The notes under the pieces are model-generated. The model saw only the letters and a program-made list of their open reading frames with translations, had not been told where the DNA came from and did not search any database. 64,000 nucleotides of DNA from Octopus bimaculoides (Eukaryota), in assembly GCF_001194135.2 (NCBI RefSeq), contig NC_068987.1, forward strand, positions 59,788,368 through 59,852,367, written 5' to 3'. A program made the position numbers and the translations under genes. Shown piece by piece: positions 50,783 through 64,000 of the stretch; the stretch's first letter is position 1, and each line of letters starts with the position of its first letter.

Positions 50783-53255
50783 GTCGTAGCTATGTGTGTA
50801 ACTATCAATGCAATGTAAAAACTGGTTGTTTTATCTAACCATAGGGACGTGGAGGATATGGTAAGAAGACTGGTTACTATTAATGCGCACAAAAGATCTG
50901 CATTGATGGAAAGCAGAATAAAAGTTGCGGACGATGTGAATAAAGTTAACAAGATATTACCATAATAATATGTGACAATTTTTTAAAACATGAGAGGGAA
51001 ACGTCTCAAACAGTGTTTTCGGATCATATAACTTTTTATAGTCAATTACTTAGTCATTATAGGAAACTGCATAATATTCTTTGCAGAAATATATTTATTC
51101 GCGGAACATTTTCCCAATGTCACATTTGGATTCCACTGAACAGCAGCTGAAATTCCGTGATCTGAAATTCTTTCATCTGAAGAGATAGGCGAACAATCAC
51201 CATATGAATTCTTCACAGCACTGCAATTTTCTAAAGCTGCTATAGATTTCATGTCATGATCTCCCGCAATTAAACCATTCATAGTAGTTAAAATTGCCTC
51301 TAGAACATATCAATAAATCTGCTACTAGAACACAATGTGTTCTCTTTAATAGAATAACAGTTATTCTGATTTATTCTTTTCATTGAAATGGGAGCTCTCA
51401 CGTACTGACTCGATCTCGCAGAAATAACAGCTAAACCTCTATCAAATAACATCCTATTGTCTTCGGTAAAAGACATCTGAATAATGTGGTCTACGTTTTA
51501 TTTGGAAAACAAAAAGCGGGAGGGGTCTTGTCTGGAATATCAGGTCTACCTTACGGTTAAACAGCTAGAACAGAAGAGAGAAAACAAATATTTTTTCATT
51601 ATATTGATTATTAACTCTGTGATGGTATGTTCAAATATCAAACGAATATGAAGTTTATAATTCATTGAAGTAATTGATAATACACATAAGCAAATAACAT
51701 TAAAAGGTTGACATCGTGTTTTTATTAAATGGAATACTCTGCGCGCGCGCACACACACATATAATATATCACTTACCTTGCTAAATCGTGTTCAAAACGA
51801 ATTAATTTTAATATGCTGGTATAATGTGTCCATTGCGTGATTCTCTCATTTTCACATTAAATATGACAATAAGAGTTATGTCAACTAACGTTTTTTTTTT
51901 CATTGATATAAACAACGAAGGTGTGACAATCTGATGTGTGTCTGACGAAATTAAGCAAGAATAATTACAATAATAACAAGAACAATAATAAAAAAATGAC
52001 AATCATTAGCATCATACTATCGACATCCAGACAAGCATTCGTTATAAAATTATAAGAAAGTTCAGAGACAAATGTGGACAAGAGGAGGGCTACATAGACA
52101 GGATCTTTTGATCTCATAGCCAGTCGAATGGTTTACTAGCATTAAGTGAAGCAACATTGTTTTCGCTGAAGTTCTTTTGAGTGGAGAACCAATGACAGAT
52201 ACATTTAAAAAGATGGCAAGTCTCTGTTAAGATTACAAACCTCTTTAAAAGCTATAGAAGAGCCTTTGAAGACTATGTAAGACTTAAACTGATGAAAGAA
52301 TTGATTATTGACAGCGATTTCCATTTTACTTGAGATGTTGGAGATAAGGAGCGAAACCAGTTTCTAAAGTAAAGGGTAGCAAGCATGGAACGAAAAGGTG
52401 CCAGAGCACGTAGAAACGTACCTAATATTCTTCAATATATTCTATATTTTAATGGAGAGCAAAGCCAATCCTCCAAAACCTATCATCCCAATTGTAGAAG
52501 AGGAAAGTACGTTTTCATGTGCATGGATCGAGTGAAGGATTGTTGAACAACTACACTCGTTGTTTGTATGGTTACAAAAACAATGATACAATGTGGAGAG
52601 ATCACGATAAATGCTGCATGCCGTTCGGGTTAATGAATGTTAGTACATCAATGGCGTCAATTGCTAAATATTTAAATTTGTCATACTGTTATTGCTTGTA
52701 CCCATTATTTCTTTATATGTTTCTGTCACTAAAAAAAGAAAGAAAAAAAAACTCGTGGGCGCCGCTTTTGTTTGACTGTTGATGAAATATGAGTACGTGT
52801 CTGCTAAACACTCTATTTTATTTATATTGTCTGCATTGTCAAACAAAAAAAAAAAAGATATCTTATATTCTAAATTAAAGATTGTAAGATAGAGCTTTTA
52901 ATCTATTTATATATTTACGGGAAAGTAGTCTTTATCTGCTAACGACTTCCCCACTGTTTCAATATTTAGGAAAAGATACGAATATAAGTGGAATGAATAT
53001 TAATCTCGATTTAAATACAGGGAGATTAAAACAACCAAGATAATTCGAAATGTGATATTCACACGATATATGACAAACTAGAAAACGTAACAAGCAAAGA
53101 TTTCATATTGAAAGTCTTGACGCTGTAGGAATATTTCGCAACCCTAAAGAAATTCATTATTGAACCCTACTTAGAGTCGCTTAGGTTCTGTTATAAATAA
53201 TACATGTAGGAGATTCAAACACTTTTGAACGTAACTTTCAAATGCAACGAACGGT

Positions 53256-53318
<63 letters not shown>

Positions 53319-53359
53319 TTACTACTACTACTAATACTACTACTACTACCACTACTACT
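53256..53359. repeat. (TAC)n microsatellite
   Basis: Visible tandem repeat. Confidence 0.97.
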
Positions 53360-54029
53360 GCCGATTGCTTGTTAATTGCATGCAGGTGTTTTATGAGTTA
53401 ACCGTGTTGTACCAGAAGTTCATGAAGCAATTATACGTTAGTTTATGCTTCAACAGACAGTATCAGTTCGTGAGAAGAATATGTTATAATAATTTGATCT
53501 GTGGCAGTGACTCTTCATTCGTCCTTGACTTTTGGTTATCGACAAACTAGTTACATAAATAATACACGTTCATTTCTCTTGTATTTAATTTGCTATAATA
53601 TTAGATAATTGTATTCGATATTCATTAATTTCTCGCTTCAGTAATGGTGTATGAAACTTATATATATCTGGAATTATGACTTGTGACATGAGAACGAATT
53701 TCTAAGTAATTTTACAGCAGCGAATAGGAATTCATGATAACACGGTTTGTCTTGGGTTCTACAAATACTAGCGATGATCAACATATCGCACGGCATTGAG
53801 CACAAACTTAAAATCAGTGGGAAGCTGGTTAAATATAGTAATTAATACAGAACATTCTTGCATGGACCACAATAAATAAAAAGAAAATGAAGTAAATATG
53901 GAAATAAGATCAGACTTTTATCGCATCAGGAAACTAATGATTGGAACAAACTGTTAAAGAGAGCTACATTAGAAGAATGGGATCTGGGTGAGCAGTTGCT
54001 TGCTTTAATCCCCACGTACATCAATATTG

Positions 54030-54480
54030 AATGGAAATGAATGTATTCCTCAGCGGTGGGTTTGTCAGCAGAGGCAGCTTCTCCATGCAGGAACACACTC
54101 TTAAGGTGGAACCTCCTTTGAAATTTATCAAACCGGCCTTTGTTGGCATTAAAATCGGTTGGTTTGGTGGGAGATGCCATAGACGGTCCTGGTTCAGGGT
54201 CGTCTGGCTCATCGTTACTGCCATCCGTAAACATGCCGTAGAGCTATCTGGCCTTCTCGCAGATGATGTTGGTAGCCAGTGCAATGTTCTTCTTCCTGCA
54301 GTCACTAATCCAAAGGGCTAATGCAGACCCATCCTAACCATAGCCTTATTGCGAGAAGTTATTACCGTTTTTGCTGTCTTGTTGAAAGTCACTTTTGCCG
54401 TCGCCCTTATAAATTTTCGCCCTTTTTGATGTAGCGAACAGTAGGTTCATTGATGTCGTAATGGCGGCCTACATCCGTAT
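54030..54480 (-). mobile_element. pogo/Tigger transposase N-terminal remnant (psq-like and CENP-B-like HTH)
   Basis: VGRHYDINEPTVRYIKK; ALALWISDCRKKNIAL..NIICEKAR; FNANKGRFDKFQRRFHLKSVFLHGEAASAD. Confidence 0.85.
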
Positions 54481-54540
54481 ACCTTATATATATATATTCG
54501 ATTAGAGGTTGTGTTAACTTACCAATATCCATTCTCCTTT

Positions 54541-54584
<44 letters not shown>

Positions 54585-54590
<6 letters not shown>

Positions 54591-56224
54591 AAATATATTT
54601 TACAATGGCACCTGTAACAAAACACGTGTGACTAAAAAATATTACAGCCGAATAAAGAAAATTTGGACCTCAGAACTCTCTGCATTCAATAAAACAGTGG
54701 CCCACAATGTGTTTGCAGTGCCTGTACTCATACCAATATCTGAGCTGCTTGATTGGACGCTTGATGAGATCCAAGCCATTGATGTGAAAACCCGGAAAAT
54801 ACTAACAAGGTCACATAATTTCCACATAAACAGAAACGAAGACTGCCCCTACTTAAAACGAAAACAAGGCGTTAGAGGCTTAACATCGATCGAAAATGCA
54901 TTTCAGTCTCGCATCATATCCCTTCGGCAATATCTTTTAGCCACGCAGTATCGAAGTGCATGCCTTGACCAAGTTTGCATACATGAGGCTGATAACATTA
55001 GAAGACTTGAAAGGCAGCTCCTTAAGTAACACACTTTGTTTGATAGCCTAGAATACATGCCCAAAGAAGTCGCACGACTCTACCCCAACGTATCATCAGA
55101 TGAAAGGATGAGCCTATATGAGCAGAAGACTATGCATAGATATGTAAGTAGAAGGCTCCGTGATGATAGTAGCATCGATCATCAAAGCAGTTTATCATGG
55201 ACCAATAGCCGGATGACTACTTTCTACTTTCAAGTGTATGCTTTTGCAATCCAGAAACAGGAAATATAAACCAAGTACCTGATGCACAAAAGGGATAGAG
55301 ATGCAGGAAAAGCAGTAAAATGTGACAACCAATGCAGACTTTGTGAAGTTCAAACTGACGATATCACTCACATCATTGGCGGTTGTCCGAAAATGTCATC
55401 ACAATATTATGTATCGATGAAACATGATGTTGTAGCTAGGACACTCTATAATGAAATCCGTCGGAAGGGTAATCCTGACGACAAAGGAATAAGAACCCAC
55501 AATATGGTAGAAGCCATAGCCACTCATAATAAAAAGGAATACTGGTGGAATGCACCAGTGAAAGCCTCAATAAAATGTAAGCACAACAGTCCTGATATAA
55601 TGATTTGGAATAGAGAAGGGGCACTGTACACAGTTGTGGGAATTAGCTGTCCAGTGGATGTTAAAATAAAGCTGAAGATCAGTGGAAAAGAGAACACCTA
55701 TGCTGAACTANNNNNNNNNNNNNNNNNNNNNNNNNNNNNNNNNNNNNNNNNNNNNNNNNNNNNNNNNNNNNNNNNNNNNNNNCTATTGAGACATATGCAG
55801 TTACTCTATCCAGATTACAACTTCAGATTTATACTTGTAATTATTGGATCCTTGGCATATGTAACACACTGCCTAAATACCAATCTTGAAAATTTAGGCT
55901 CTGGTCAAAACCAGAAAAGAGAAAGCTAATTCGAAGACTACAGATCCAATCCATCACTGGAACTGTAAAAATCTGTAAAACTTTCCAGAAGCTTATCATT
56001 TAAATATATAAGAGCATGTCTAGATATGCAATTATATACATGAAAATACATACATAAAGCAAACAAATCTGCACATACATACATACATACATACATACAT
56101 ACATACATACAAAAATACTCTGTTACTGATGTTGAAATTCCAATAAAGGAGACTTGGATCTGGGTTAGAAACCGGTTCTTTCTATATTGGCAAGAAATTT
56201 TGAATTAAATCAAATAATGACATA
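54585..56224 (+). mobile_element. 5'-truncated R4/Dong-like RLE LINE (thumb, CCHC knuckle, restriction-like endonuclease, 3' UTR)
   Basis: PYLKRKQGVRGL; CRLCEVQTDDITHIIGGCPKMSSQYYVSMKHDVVA; HNSPDIMIW..GISCPVD..KISGKENTY. Contains stops, frameshifts and a small gap. Confidence 0.9.
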
Positions 56225-57926
56225 TTTCTCTGTGTGTGTGTGTGCGTGCGTGCGCGCGCGTGAGTATGATGATTGTTATATTTTAAATTATAAAAACGTT
56301 CAGACAAGCAAATAAACTGTGAGTTGTGCGATCGATAAAGTTGTTATAAGAAGAACAGAATGAAGCCTACGAAGAAGAAAAGTTGCCTTTGGACAGTCTT
56401 AACCTGCTCTGTGGATCAGATTTATGCTAACCTCTGCTGGTATGATGAGAATAAGGAACAGTGATGTGACGTAGTTTTGCCATTGAAAATTTAATTAACT
56501 TCAGGATGACCCAAAAAAGCAAGTCAAATATCAAGAAGATTTTTCAATATTCACATCAATATTTTAAGCTAATATTTTCGCTAATCTAATAAACAGGTTT
56601 TATTGTTTGATTTTCCGTTATCACGCGCAAACATAAACCAATAATTAGTTCAATTTTCTGTTGTAGGTGGAGAAACAGTTGTCGCGATGACTCGCTCGTC
56701 CCTCGAAATTCTATTTATTTTTATGGAAACAAAAGTGGTACAACCGAGGTTTGAAAAACAATTTCTGGTTCAGCTTGTTTATATTTCTGTTTTTGACGTT
56801 AATTAAAAATAAAAGCTACGATGCTTGTTCCGCAAAAATCTTTAACTATAATATTTGCAGAATTCAATCGCAGAAACTGTGCCACAAGCTTTACAATTCT
56901 GTTTAACACTCTAATTGTTGATCACACCAGGGAACTTTTTAGTCATAGATTTGCTGGATCAAGATTTGCCTTGAAATAAAAAAGAAAAAAGGCTATAACC
57001 ACAACTACATTAACCACCTTATCATGAAAAGTCAAGAAATTGAACCTATTTACTGCAATAATGAACAGGAGAAATTCTTAGCTTTATTTTGATAACTTGT
57101 TTAACTGTCTTTGCGTTGGTAAGGAGAGGGATATTAAATCAATTTGATTTCTAAATAATATAGGTAGTTAGGGAGTTTGCTCCTAAAGAAATAATGGTAA
57201 TGACGTGTTTATTTCGAGTCGAGAATGTAAAGGTTGTAGAGTTAGTAAGTGTAAAACAGTTCATCAGAAAGGGATATGTAGTGGTAAAAATTATACATAT
57301 CTAGCTTATTCTGAAGACCGGAATAAATATTGGGAGGATACAATATATTATTGGATTACAAGGAGTGTGTAGTTGTTTGCTAATCGGTTGGAGTGGTTTC
57401 TCTTTTCCTTTCATGGTGGATGGTGGTGGTTACATGGAATATTTGTGTGCGTATTCAGTTGTACTATACGAGACATACGAAATGTATATTAATCGTTGAA
57501 GTGAAGTCATGTTTTTCTGCAGTGGTAGTTCAATACCGAGATGCTGTTTGACAACGTCCGAGACTATAACTACAATGAAAGCTTTTGAGGTACAACATTT
57601 GTAAAGTTTGAACATTTTATACGTGTGAAGTATATGAAAATGTCTATTTATCTGAACATGTGTTGCTGATGTTCAATAAGATTAAGCTATTGCATTAAAG
57701 TGATTGTAAGATACAAGACCTCAATCTATATAAATAATGCATATCTGGCGTGAAATGTTTAGGTTGCGTGCATAAATGGCATCTGGTTGTAGTCATTTTA
57801 CTTTATAATGCAAATTCACTTAGGAAACAAGTCACAGCATTCTTCCTAAATGTATAGGATATCAGTGCTGGACAAATTATATAAGAGCATATATATATAT
57901 ATATATATATACATACATATAAATAA

Positions 57927-57962
<36 letters not shown>

Positions 57963-58585
57963 GAGGTAATGATGAATTCGTCGAGAAATTTCCAGAAGTA
58001 ACTTGATTTATGCAGAGGAGAGTTAAAAAAGTCCAATAAAAATGTTAGAAATATTAAGAAGTTGGATAAGTTCAATTACCGTTTGTCAAAGAGTGAGCTA
58101 AAGAGATAGAGTGAAATTGTCAATTGGGTAATAGGGAAGTAAAATATCATATATCATATATGTTTTCTTTCATTAAACTCAAATGCTCTTCATATTGACG
58201 ATCCAGAAAACTGATTCTTGTAAGATTCATAATTAAGACATGATCTTTAAAATGGAATTGAAAATGTATCGTTGTATCACTTGGGTGGAACTTAATTTTT
58301 TAACTATCAGTTAAAACTTAGATTCAGAATAAAAATGCTTCTTAATCGTGCTACGTGGGGACCGACATGTCAAAGACTAGACCAAAATATTCTTCTACGT
58401 ATCGTAATAGATGACTAAAAGACATTGAGATTGGAATTGCACTCCGACCTCATAAAACTCTCACCAAAAAATGACTACTCAAACCGACCCATTGGTTGGA
58501 AGGTTGTCGCCTGAGTAATGCAAAGGAGCAGGGAATCGCCAACAAATGGTGGATGTGGCAACGCTTTGTTACAGCGCATGCCCCA

Positions 58586-58586
<1 letters not shown>

Positions 58587-58652
<66 letters not shown>
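58587..58652. repeat. (TAC)n microsatellite
   Basis: Visible tandem repeat. Confidence 0.97.
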
Positions 58653-58653
<1 letters not shown>

Positions 58654-59039
58654 ATACACATTGTTAAAAGGATTATGTCACTACAGATATACTGTCTTTA
58701 TTTGGTATGTCGAAAGCAAGTCAATCCTGAAGAACAGCTCATCCTTTCCGGCTATGGACTTCAATCAGGTATTATACGTGGAAGTGCTGTTAACCTACTA
58801 GTAATATACAGTAGTCACTAAATATCCCAGTAGTCACAATTAGGATATTTAGTAAACTGTGATTAGACGTAAGGATCGATTGTAAACTACTTAAAATGAA
58901 ATTTCTGGTTTGAGTTTTCACAGTAGAGCCTGAGGTTTCATTTCAAGTTTTCCTAAATTTAAAATGCAGTTCACATTTTTAGAACAAACTGTCAATTTTT
59001 TCCTGATAAATCTGAATTAAAGACAGAAACAAGAAAATT

Positions 59040-59240
59040 AGTTTCAGATTTTGGCACAACACCAGCAATTTGGGAGGAGGGGTAAGTCCATTGCACCGAC
59101 CACAGTACTCAACTGGTACTTATTTTATCGACCCCCGAAAAGAAGAAAGGTAAAGTCGACTTCGGCGGAATTTGAACTCAGAACGTGAAGACGGACGAAA
59201 TGTTGCTAAGCATTTTGGCCGTCTTTCTAAAGATTCCACC
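59040..59240 (-). mobile_element. Nin-like tRNA-SINE
   Basis: Minus strand: ctgagttcaaattccgccgaagtcgacttt..ttttcgggggtcgataaaataagtaccagttgag. Confidence 0.8.
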
Positions 59241-59499
59241 ACACAGAGGATGAAATATTGAAACATTGAAGTGCCATTTTAAAGAAATGTAGATAGTTTC
59301 TCTATAAACAGCTTTAATTTAAAATGAGAAAAAAATGTCACTAGAGCTCGCATAGAAGTCAACATTACAAATAAGTGTCGTCAGTTAAAAGGTACAGATG
59401 GTTATCAACGCTTTAGAGATGTGGTTCCTAAACTGCATTATACAGATAGCCTACACAGATAATATACATTGACGTGATTAACTAAGTAGGAACCATGAA

Positions 59500-59740
59500 A
59501 AAAAGTTTTAGCAATATCAAGAAGAAACACGTTAAGATCATTTGGATGACATATGAAAAGACAAAATATTGAACACTTTGAAATTAATGGGAAGCTGAAA
59601 GGAAAAGAACCTAGGGAAGACAGCAGAAGAAAATACTCTATGGCCTTCTCAGCTGGTTACAGAAAGACTGATACGATAGATTGCTAAATCGTGTGTGAGA
59701 CAGGAACCGATATTCAAGATCACCGAAGGCAGTATACGGT
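59500..59740 (+). mobile_element. 3' end of an RTE-like LINE, decayed
   Basis: Remnants of TLRSFG..KRQNIEH..GKLKGK..RGRQ..K.L.GL..W. Confidence 0.5.
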
Positions 59741-60309
59741 ATTTTAATAGAGACGCAATATAGTATTGAGTATAATGCTATCAGTATATTTATATTTGAA
59801 TGCGTTTTAGTGCTTACATCAATATTGCAACATGTTTCAACATTGTTCTATCGGGGATAAACAATAGGAACAAAGGCGTATGTAAAGGATGTGAAAAGTA
59901 TATGAAAGGTGTATGTATTAAAAAGTGACAGAGTAATATTGAATGCTGGAGAATATTGCACAGAGTGTAAACAATATAAACACATTTAAACTGGCAGTCA
60001 AATAACACTTAATTATGCAGAACAGGAAGATATCAATAGAATTTTGGGAAACCTGAAATTTTGTAAATATATTCCTAAAGTTAGAAATTGCAGCAATAGT
60101 TTGTATTCATAAAGAATACAATGTTAACATCTCAGCATCAGTGCTGAGATGTTAACATTCTCTCAGTTAGCGAGTGTATGATGTGTTTGTTTATCTCTAA
60201 CACAGTTTTGTTGAAGGTTGTACAAAAGCAGAAACTGCTGAAACTTGTCTTTCGATTGCAAACGCAGAATTTCTGTTGAAGCTAGTACGAATACACGCCC
60301 TCTTAAATG

Positions 60310-60342
<33 letters not shown>

Positions 60343-60396
60343 TGCATGTATGTATGATGGTATATTTCATTTAAGAGAATACTGTATTCGTACTAG

Positions 60397-60454
<58 letters not shown>

Positions 60455-60944
60455 NNNNNNNNNNNNNNNNNNNNNNNNNNNNNNNNNNNNNNNNNNNNNN
60501 NNNNNNNNNNNNNNNNNNNNNNNNNNNNNNNNNNNNNNNNNNNNNNNNNNNTTGTATATATATATATATATATATATATACATGCATATATGAATGTATG
60601 CATGTATTTGTGTGTGCACACACACAAATTAACACACACGCACACATATATATATATACATATACACATACATATAACTGCAGGATTTCTAATGGAGTTA
60701 TTTTCGCGTGCAGTTGAAATGATCGAGGGAGAATTTGAGAGAGTGAAAGAGACAGAAAGGTTGAGATAAAGACAGAAAGGAAGTAAGAGAAGTATTTTCC
60801 TTGTTGCTTAAGAAAGGGGGCATGTAGTTTGGTAACAGATCAGCTTATGTCCTTGAATAATATTCTAGAATGAAGATACTTTAGGGTTAGATAATATAGT
60901 AGCATATTAAATGTACTGTGTGGTTGTATAATGTAGTACAATAC

Positions 60945-61160
60945 TGGTTTCAAATTTTGGCACAAGGATTGAAATTCAGGGGAAGAGAGTAAGTCGATTA
61001 CATCGACCCCAGTACTCAACTGAGACTTATTTTATCGAGCCCGGAAAGATAACAGGCAAGTCGACATCGGCGGAATTTGAACTCAGGACGCGAAGACGGA
61101 CAACATGCCACTGAGTATTTTGTCTGGTGTGCTAACGATTCTGCCAGCTCGCTGCCTTCC
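60945..61160 (-). mobile_element. Nin-like tRNA-SINE with full head
   Basis: Minus-strand head GGCAGCGAGCTGGCAGAATCGTTAGC, B-box-like GAGTTCAAATTCC, gataaaataagt. Confidence 0.85.
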
Positions 61161-61783
61161 CCAACTTTAAAATATTAAATGCAAAAATCTAAAAACTTCA
61201 CTCAGTATTTAATGATGATACGAAATATTTATTTAATAATATTTGCAATACAATTTATCAAGAGTTATGGTTAGGGTTAGGCCCTTGTTCCAAAATTTGA
61301 AACCAATAAGAGATAGATCTCCAACTTCTAAATAAGAAATATTGATTCACCCATAGTTTCTTTTTAAGGAAATCATTGGTGGTCAACTACAAATTGCTGT
61401 AAGAATATTTATTTTTCTTTGAAGTTTATGTCATTTTAACCTCGACGCCTAAAATGTCTGATGTAGGATTGCAATTAAACTGTTGAATTTGGAGTATATT
61501 TACAATTCTGTATAATAATTAAAGACAGACATTACAAATTATCATGCCCATCTGTTGAGTTATATGCTTTCCTTTGTCTCAGTCTTAAATTTCGCTATCG
61601 AGGTGAATTGAAAATACATTTCCTGTTTTAATTTGTTCTGTAATTCGCTATTTAACTACTATAAAAGTGGTAAAGCCCAGGTATTTAGAATCTTAGCTAA
61701 ATCTTTCAACAAATTATATTAGTCATATCAGCATCGATACAGATTCTAATCTTTGAAGCTATAGTATATATTAGAGAGAAATA

Positions 61784-63545
61784 CAGCGTATCCATAAGGT
61801 CACTTTACAATTTCAAAAATTTATTACAAAGGCAATTAATTGATAGGATATCTTTATCAGATTTATCCTATGTACATGACCGGATTAGGACACAGAGAGG
61901 CCCACAAGCACTTATAAGATTTTGGTGCCTCATATGTATGCAATCCAAAATATAAACAATAATACCATAAAATAAATTTATATTTTTCAAAATGAAATAG
62001 AACTAATAGTAAGATGGAAAATTAATACTTTTTTTTATGTAAGACCAAGTTTATTTATATTTCAAAAGTTTTCTCTGACTTAACTGTAAAGTCTTTGATC
62101 AGATCCTCACTATGGCACCATGAACACTTCGAAATTATATTTCAATCATATATTTGACTTTGAATATTATTTCAGCAAGTTACAAGTGATTTCTTTTGAG
62201 CCGCAAATCATTTACCATTTCTGTAGCACCTCTTTCCCTTAATGCCCTAAGCACGTGGTTATTTTGCTTTATGGTTAATCCAGCACTGCCAATGTACTCA
62301 GTAATTATTAAAGTTTTTAACCACATTGCATTTGTGTTTTTTAGGTACCTTGTTAATGGAAAAGGGTTTGTTAAATGAAACCCTAAAACAGTGGCTCTTT
62401 ATCAAGAAAAGGCACAAGGTGTATCGTGGCTTATTGAAACAGAATCGGATACGCAGTCACAGTGAAACTGTAGGATTAAGTATGGGTGACATCCACCGTC
62501 AAGCCCATCAATTCGTGCGTGACACAAGGAATTTTTGGAAACAGGAACAGAGTTGGATAAAGGGAGGAGTGGCGGGTCAAAATTATCTGAGGAAAACTTC
62601 GATCGTGTAAGACAAGCCTTTGATAGTTCTCCTACAAAGTCCATACGTACTGCTGCCAGACAATTACAGCTACCACGCTCGACAGTGCACAAAGTCCTAC
62701 AGAAGAACTTGTGATTGTACGCTTACAAAGTGCAACTCTCACAGGCACACGAATCGAATGATAAACCAAAGCAAAAAGAGTTTGCAGGTAACATGCTGGA
62801 ACGAATTTCTGAGGATGCAAAGTTCCTCACCCGAGTTTGTTTTAGTGATGAGTCAACCTTTCATGCTTCAGGGAAACTGAACACACATAATGTGAGAATC
62901 TGGGGATCAGAACACTCCCATGTGACTAAGTAACTTCACTGAGATAGTCCGAAGGTGAGTGTCTGGTGTTTGATGATGTGCAATCGAATCATTGGTCTAT
63001 TTTTCTTCACAGAGAGATCAATTTCCGCAAATGGTTACCTTGAACGTTTGACTGAATAAGTGGCATCACAACTGGATGACCTCCAACCGAGTGTCGTTTT
63101 CCAGCAGGATGGTGCTCCACCACATTGGGTACTGCGTGTTTGTGGGTTCCTAAATCAAACATTTCCAGACCGGTGGATTGGAAGGGATGACTCAATTCCC
63201 TGACCACCTCGTTTCCCGGATATCAATCCCCTGGACTTTTTTCTATGAGGTTATGTTAAAGATATGTATCGAACAAAGATACGGGACAGCAACGACCTGA
63301 AGCAAAGGATTACTGCTACTATTGCGACCATTGATAACGCTATGCTACAACGAACATGGTAAGACATTGATTACCGTCTTTATGTGTTTCGTGCAACAAA
63401 TGGTGCCCAAATAGAGATGTATTAAATGTGGAAAAAGAAACTTCAGTACCTCCTGCTCAGTTTGTAATAATTTTCACAGATTTATCTATTTGTTTGGTTT
63501 TGTAATAGATTTTTAAAATTGTAAAGAGACTTTATGGACACACTG
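61784..63545 (+). mobile_element. Full-length Tc1/mariner superfamily element, rosa/Visitor type (DD41D), with TIRs and TA target-site duplication
   Basis: About 50-bp imperfect TIRs (cagcgtatccataaggtcactttacaattt versus the reverse complement cagtgtgtccataaagtctctttacaattt). TA at 61782-83 and 63546-47. Confidence 0.92.
62391..63425 (+). pseudogene. DD41D transposase pseudogene (345 codons, one frame, about 10 stops)
   Basis: FSDESTF, NTHNVRIWG, FQQDGAPPHW...PDINPLDFF with exactly 41 residues between the second and third Asp. Confidence 0.9.
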
Positions 63546-63588
63546 TATATTTATGGTCTCCTAAATGTGTAACTTATGTTCACTGCAG

Positions 63589-63600
63589 GCGGAAGTGACG
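63589..63600 (+). promoter_or_regulatory. Possible ETS-CRE composite motif GCGGAAGTGACG
   Basis: Motif match only, in a locally GC-richer patch beside the right TIR. Confidence 0.2.
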
Positions 63601-64000
63601 ATTTTTTTAGTAGAAGCAGGTTGAGGTGTCGTGGCTACAGAAATAGTAGGCTTGTGGTGCAACATACTCCACCATGTAGAATAAACAGGAAATTCTTTAC
63701 CATCATCGGTTTTAGGCGCTCTTAATTGGCATGTTTAGAAATAAGAAGACATCCCATACCACATAAAAATCCCAACTTATCTAGCATATATACATGCATA
63801 TGTATGTGTGGTGTGTGTGTGTGTATACATTTAGCTATACATAAATACACATACATATATACATACATACATATATACATATATATATACACACACATAT
63901 GTAAATGAGGGTATCTAAGAGATTCCACCATGCTTGAAATAGCAGTCAAAGCTTGACTCCAAAAACCACATCAAGTGTCCAATACAGTAGAAGATAAAAA

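Noticed and set aside
56140-56185. GAAACCGGTT motif in the R4/Dong 3' UTR (also at about 41800)
   Set aside because: No CUGANGA core or properly positioned helix I in either copy.
59821-59865. Minus-strand GAAACATGTT palindrome (similar cases at 1290 and 51000)
   Set aside because: The core is absent or helix I does not pair; these are likely chance palindromes.

Overview
This is AT-rich, repeat-dense animal genomic DNA with about 13 N-gaps. The compound di-, tri- and tetranucleotide microsatellites and the tRNA-headed SINE types suggest an octopus or other cephalopod scaffold (inference). No intact protein-coding ORF is present; most long ORF-track entries are gap or microsatellite artefacts. 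The window is mostly decayed mobile elements: Penelope-like elements (PLE), RTE, R4/Dong-like and Tx1-like LINEs, a Mag-like Ty3/Gypsy element, mariner, maT (DD37D), rosa/Visitor (DD41D), pogo/Tigger and several SINE families. Short minus-strand candidate exons may belong to one large, intron-rich host gene, tentatively BEACH/LYST-like (low confidence). The main unexplained structure is a set of type I hammerhead ribozymes with palindromic helix III. One has a fully canonical core (24107-24178) and lies in a 635-bp non-coding unit with 101-bp terminal direct repeats, resembling a retrozyme or PLE pLTR. A second differs from the consensus core at one base (29464-29514), and several are decayed. 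A 366-bp foldback element and a PLE with inverted termini are also present. All alignments were done by eye and family assignments rest on recalled motifs; no database search was run.
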